Shown piece by piece: positions 57,576 through 64,000 of a stretch of 64,000 bases of DNA. The notes under the pieces were generated by a model. The model saw only the letters and a program-made list of their open reading frames with translations. It did not search any database and was not told the DNA's origin. Made by a program: the position numbers and the translations under genes. Each line of letters begins with the position of its first letter. The first letter of the stretch is position 1. The DNA comes from Macrostomum lignano (taxonomy: Eukaryota). The DNA is taken from positions 1-64,000 of the forward strand of contig NIVC01001192.1 in NCBI GenBank assembly GCA_002269645.1. Reading direction: 5' to 3'.

Positions 57576-58509
57576 GTTGCCTTTGAATTCAAAAGTTTCA
57601 ACTCATTTGAACAAATATAAAATCGATTTCTATATTATTTAAATGGACCTTTCCGCCGTAGTCTAACTCTGCGTACGGATGCGTTCGCACCGTAACGGCT
57701 TTACGCACTTATTTAAAAACTTTTAAATTCTCTTTCTTCATTGAAAACAGCAAGAGTAAACATTCATATGAAAATTGCAATTTTGTGCCTCTATTTTTCG
57801 CTTTTTTTACTTTTCGTTTGTATTTATCAATTTTAGCAGTTTTTCTACTGATCTGAATTTTTAGCCCAGCTTAGCTAATCATGCAATACTCGGAAATCTC
57901 TTTTTATCGCAATTTCCCGAATATTTACAAATCAGTAGTTGCTACAGTAGTATTTAGCATACAACATGCTTATTTTGTATTTAACCAACAAATATTTCAT
58001 TTATTATAGCGACATGCCGACATTTCCTGTCGCTTCTGCTTTACTAACAGTAGCTACTAACGAATCTGCATTCCCTTTTTCCACACTAGTATTTTGGCTA
58101 TTCTCTGTCATTCTTTACCAGCAACTCATTCAATTAGTCAATTCGTGCAAAAAATAAATGCTTTTTAGCCAGATATTTAAACTTTGAAACATTGGAACAA
58201 ACTTTTTTATCAAATATATTATTTCAAGTTCTTCCACCCATGAAGACACGGACTCTGCTCTGTAGAGACTTAGATTTTACCATTTTTCGGCTCTGCCACC
58301 TGATTTTGGCTTCCAGCAGCTCAGATGCTATAATTCTGTTTATTAAAGAGCATCAGCGGCAAAGTAAATGCAATGGCATTGATTAATTAGCGATCTGCTT
58401 TCATTTATTTTTGTCAGTTGCTTGTACTCAGCTAGGTTTTTGAGTAAAACAGACAAATTATTTATCTTTTTGACCATTCTCTTCAATTTTTCACCGTCAG
58501 GTACTTCAG

Positions 58510-58895
58510 GCCAAGGCTTAGCCAATCAGGGTAGAGCTGATAGGCTGGGGCAAGATGGGGGAGGGTTCACAAACAAAAGAGAGACAACGGAGAGAAAGAA
58601 AGTTTGGCTCAGCCAAGCAGGGCAGATAGGCTGAGACAAGAGGGAGAAGGGGTCACAAACAAACGAGGGAGAGATAGAGAGCGAGAGGGCCTGGCTCAGC
58701 CAATCAGGATAGAGCTGATAGCCTGGGGCAACAGGGTGGAGGAGGGGTCACAAACAAAAGGGGGAGACACGGAGAGAGACAGACCGGCTCAGCCAATCAA
58801 GATAGAGCTGATAGCCTGGGGCAAGAGGGTGGAGGAGGGGTCACAAACAAAAGGGGGAGACACGGAGAGAGAGAGACCGGCTCAGCCAATCAGCG
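58510..58895. repeat. Tandem ~90-bp purine-rich repeats with CCAAT cores
   Basis: Four to five copies of GCTCAGCCAATCA..GATAGAGCTGATAG...TCACAAACAAA. Confidence 0.8.
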
Positions 58896-59737
58896 ACACC
58901 CGGGCACACCAGACAGGGGAGGCGCAAAGCCTCAGTCCACCGCCAACCAGCCTTAACCCTCTGGAGCCGAGACTTCCCGAGACTGACATTCACATCAGTG
59001 CAAGCAAGACAATAAATAATAAAACCACACTACTGAGGTACAGAAAGCAAAGATACAGTATGATATTCCAATACTATAAGTACGAGCTCTGTAACCAGGT
59101 ACAACAATGGCCGACGCTAAGATAACCTAAGGCACTGAATACATGCATGTAGCAGATTATTCTATTAACATCGAGAGGTTGGTCTCGACATTAAACTCCA
59201 AACTTCAAGGTTCGATTGAGAACACGAGTGCAGTTCTGAACTGATTTTCACCCAGAAGAAGGGAGTGAGCTTATAGTTTTCTCTGAATAATTCCTTGCCA
59301 TCGCCATGCGCTGCTGCATTTCAGAGCATTTTTATCGCGACTCACAAGTGAGGGCTGCTCTAAAGTAGCTGCCCCGTGGGGGAAGCAATCAACTCGCACT
59401 ATTTACCTGTAATGTTTCTCTCGTTACCCTTGGTAACCAATCAGCCTTTATCTCAATTAATTATTCAATCCGTGACCAAGAGACAGAGGGACAGCGCAAT
59501 CAAAAGTCGCTCTATGAATTATTGATGCCAGGCTGACCACAGGCGACAGTACTTGGAGAATAGGATTTCGGGGATAATTTACCTTGCCGGCCGGGGTGCT
59601 CAGCAACTTTTATAAAGCCAACCAAACTCAAGCGCTCCCGACCGCAGCTACAATTTGAGTAGTTCATCGTCAAGACGTCGCTCTGCTCAAGCTTTGCCTG
59701 AACTTCTCCAGTGATCTCCAGTCGCTAAAGCGCACCG

Positions 59738-63784
<4,047 letters not shown>

Positions 63785-63839
63785 GTGAGGCTGGGTTGAA
63801 CTAGGAGTAGGCTTAAGGAAGTCAGTGTGCTGCCTGAAA

Positions 63840-64000
63840 TGGTCTGTGCAAGTCTTTGTACGGTGTCTGTGAAGGTCTCTGTGCGGTGTCTGTGAAGGTC
63901 TCTGTGCAGTGTCGGTGGCGTTCTCTGTGCAGTGTCGGTCGGTGGAGCTCTCTGTGCGGTGTCGATGGTTCGGCGGCGCTCTCTATGCGGTGTCGGTGGA
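63840..64000. repeat. Imperfect tandem repeat (CTCTGTGCRGTGTC..), cut by the window end
   Basis: Directly visible. Confidence 0.7.

Noticed and set aside
58953-58970. TTAACCCT as a piggyBac end
   Set aside because: The motif is too short and no partner terminus or transposase is visible.

Overview
Eukaryotic animal genomic DNA with spliceosomal introns, GC-rich exons and a very high tandem-repeat load. The style suggests a free-living flatworm such as Macrostomum; this is inference, not proven. Left half, + strand: a complete cholinergic gene locus, with an intronless VAChT (7228-8898) upstream of a 13-coding-exon choline acetyltransferase (10163-29155, 679 aa, all exon phases consistent) and a candidate shared non-coding first exon ending at 4896. 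The ChAT introns hold a gag-only LTR remnant, Tc1-derived elements, a LINE fragment, an orphan gag and many minisatellites. Middle, - strand: three co-oriented genes, mevalonate kinase, ASH2L (5 exons) and a disrupted caspase-8-like gene, each preceded by a splice-acceptor-like site (possible trans-spliced operon). Right, + strand: a 4-exon WD40 gene, a 53-bp satellite, and a secreted PAN-EGF-TSP1-TSP1-SRCR mosaic gene that is incomplete in this window. Most long ORFs in the supplied track are tandem-repeat artefacts.
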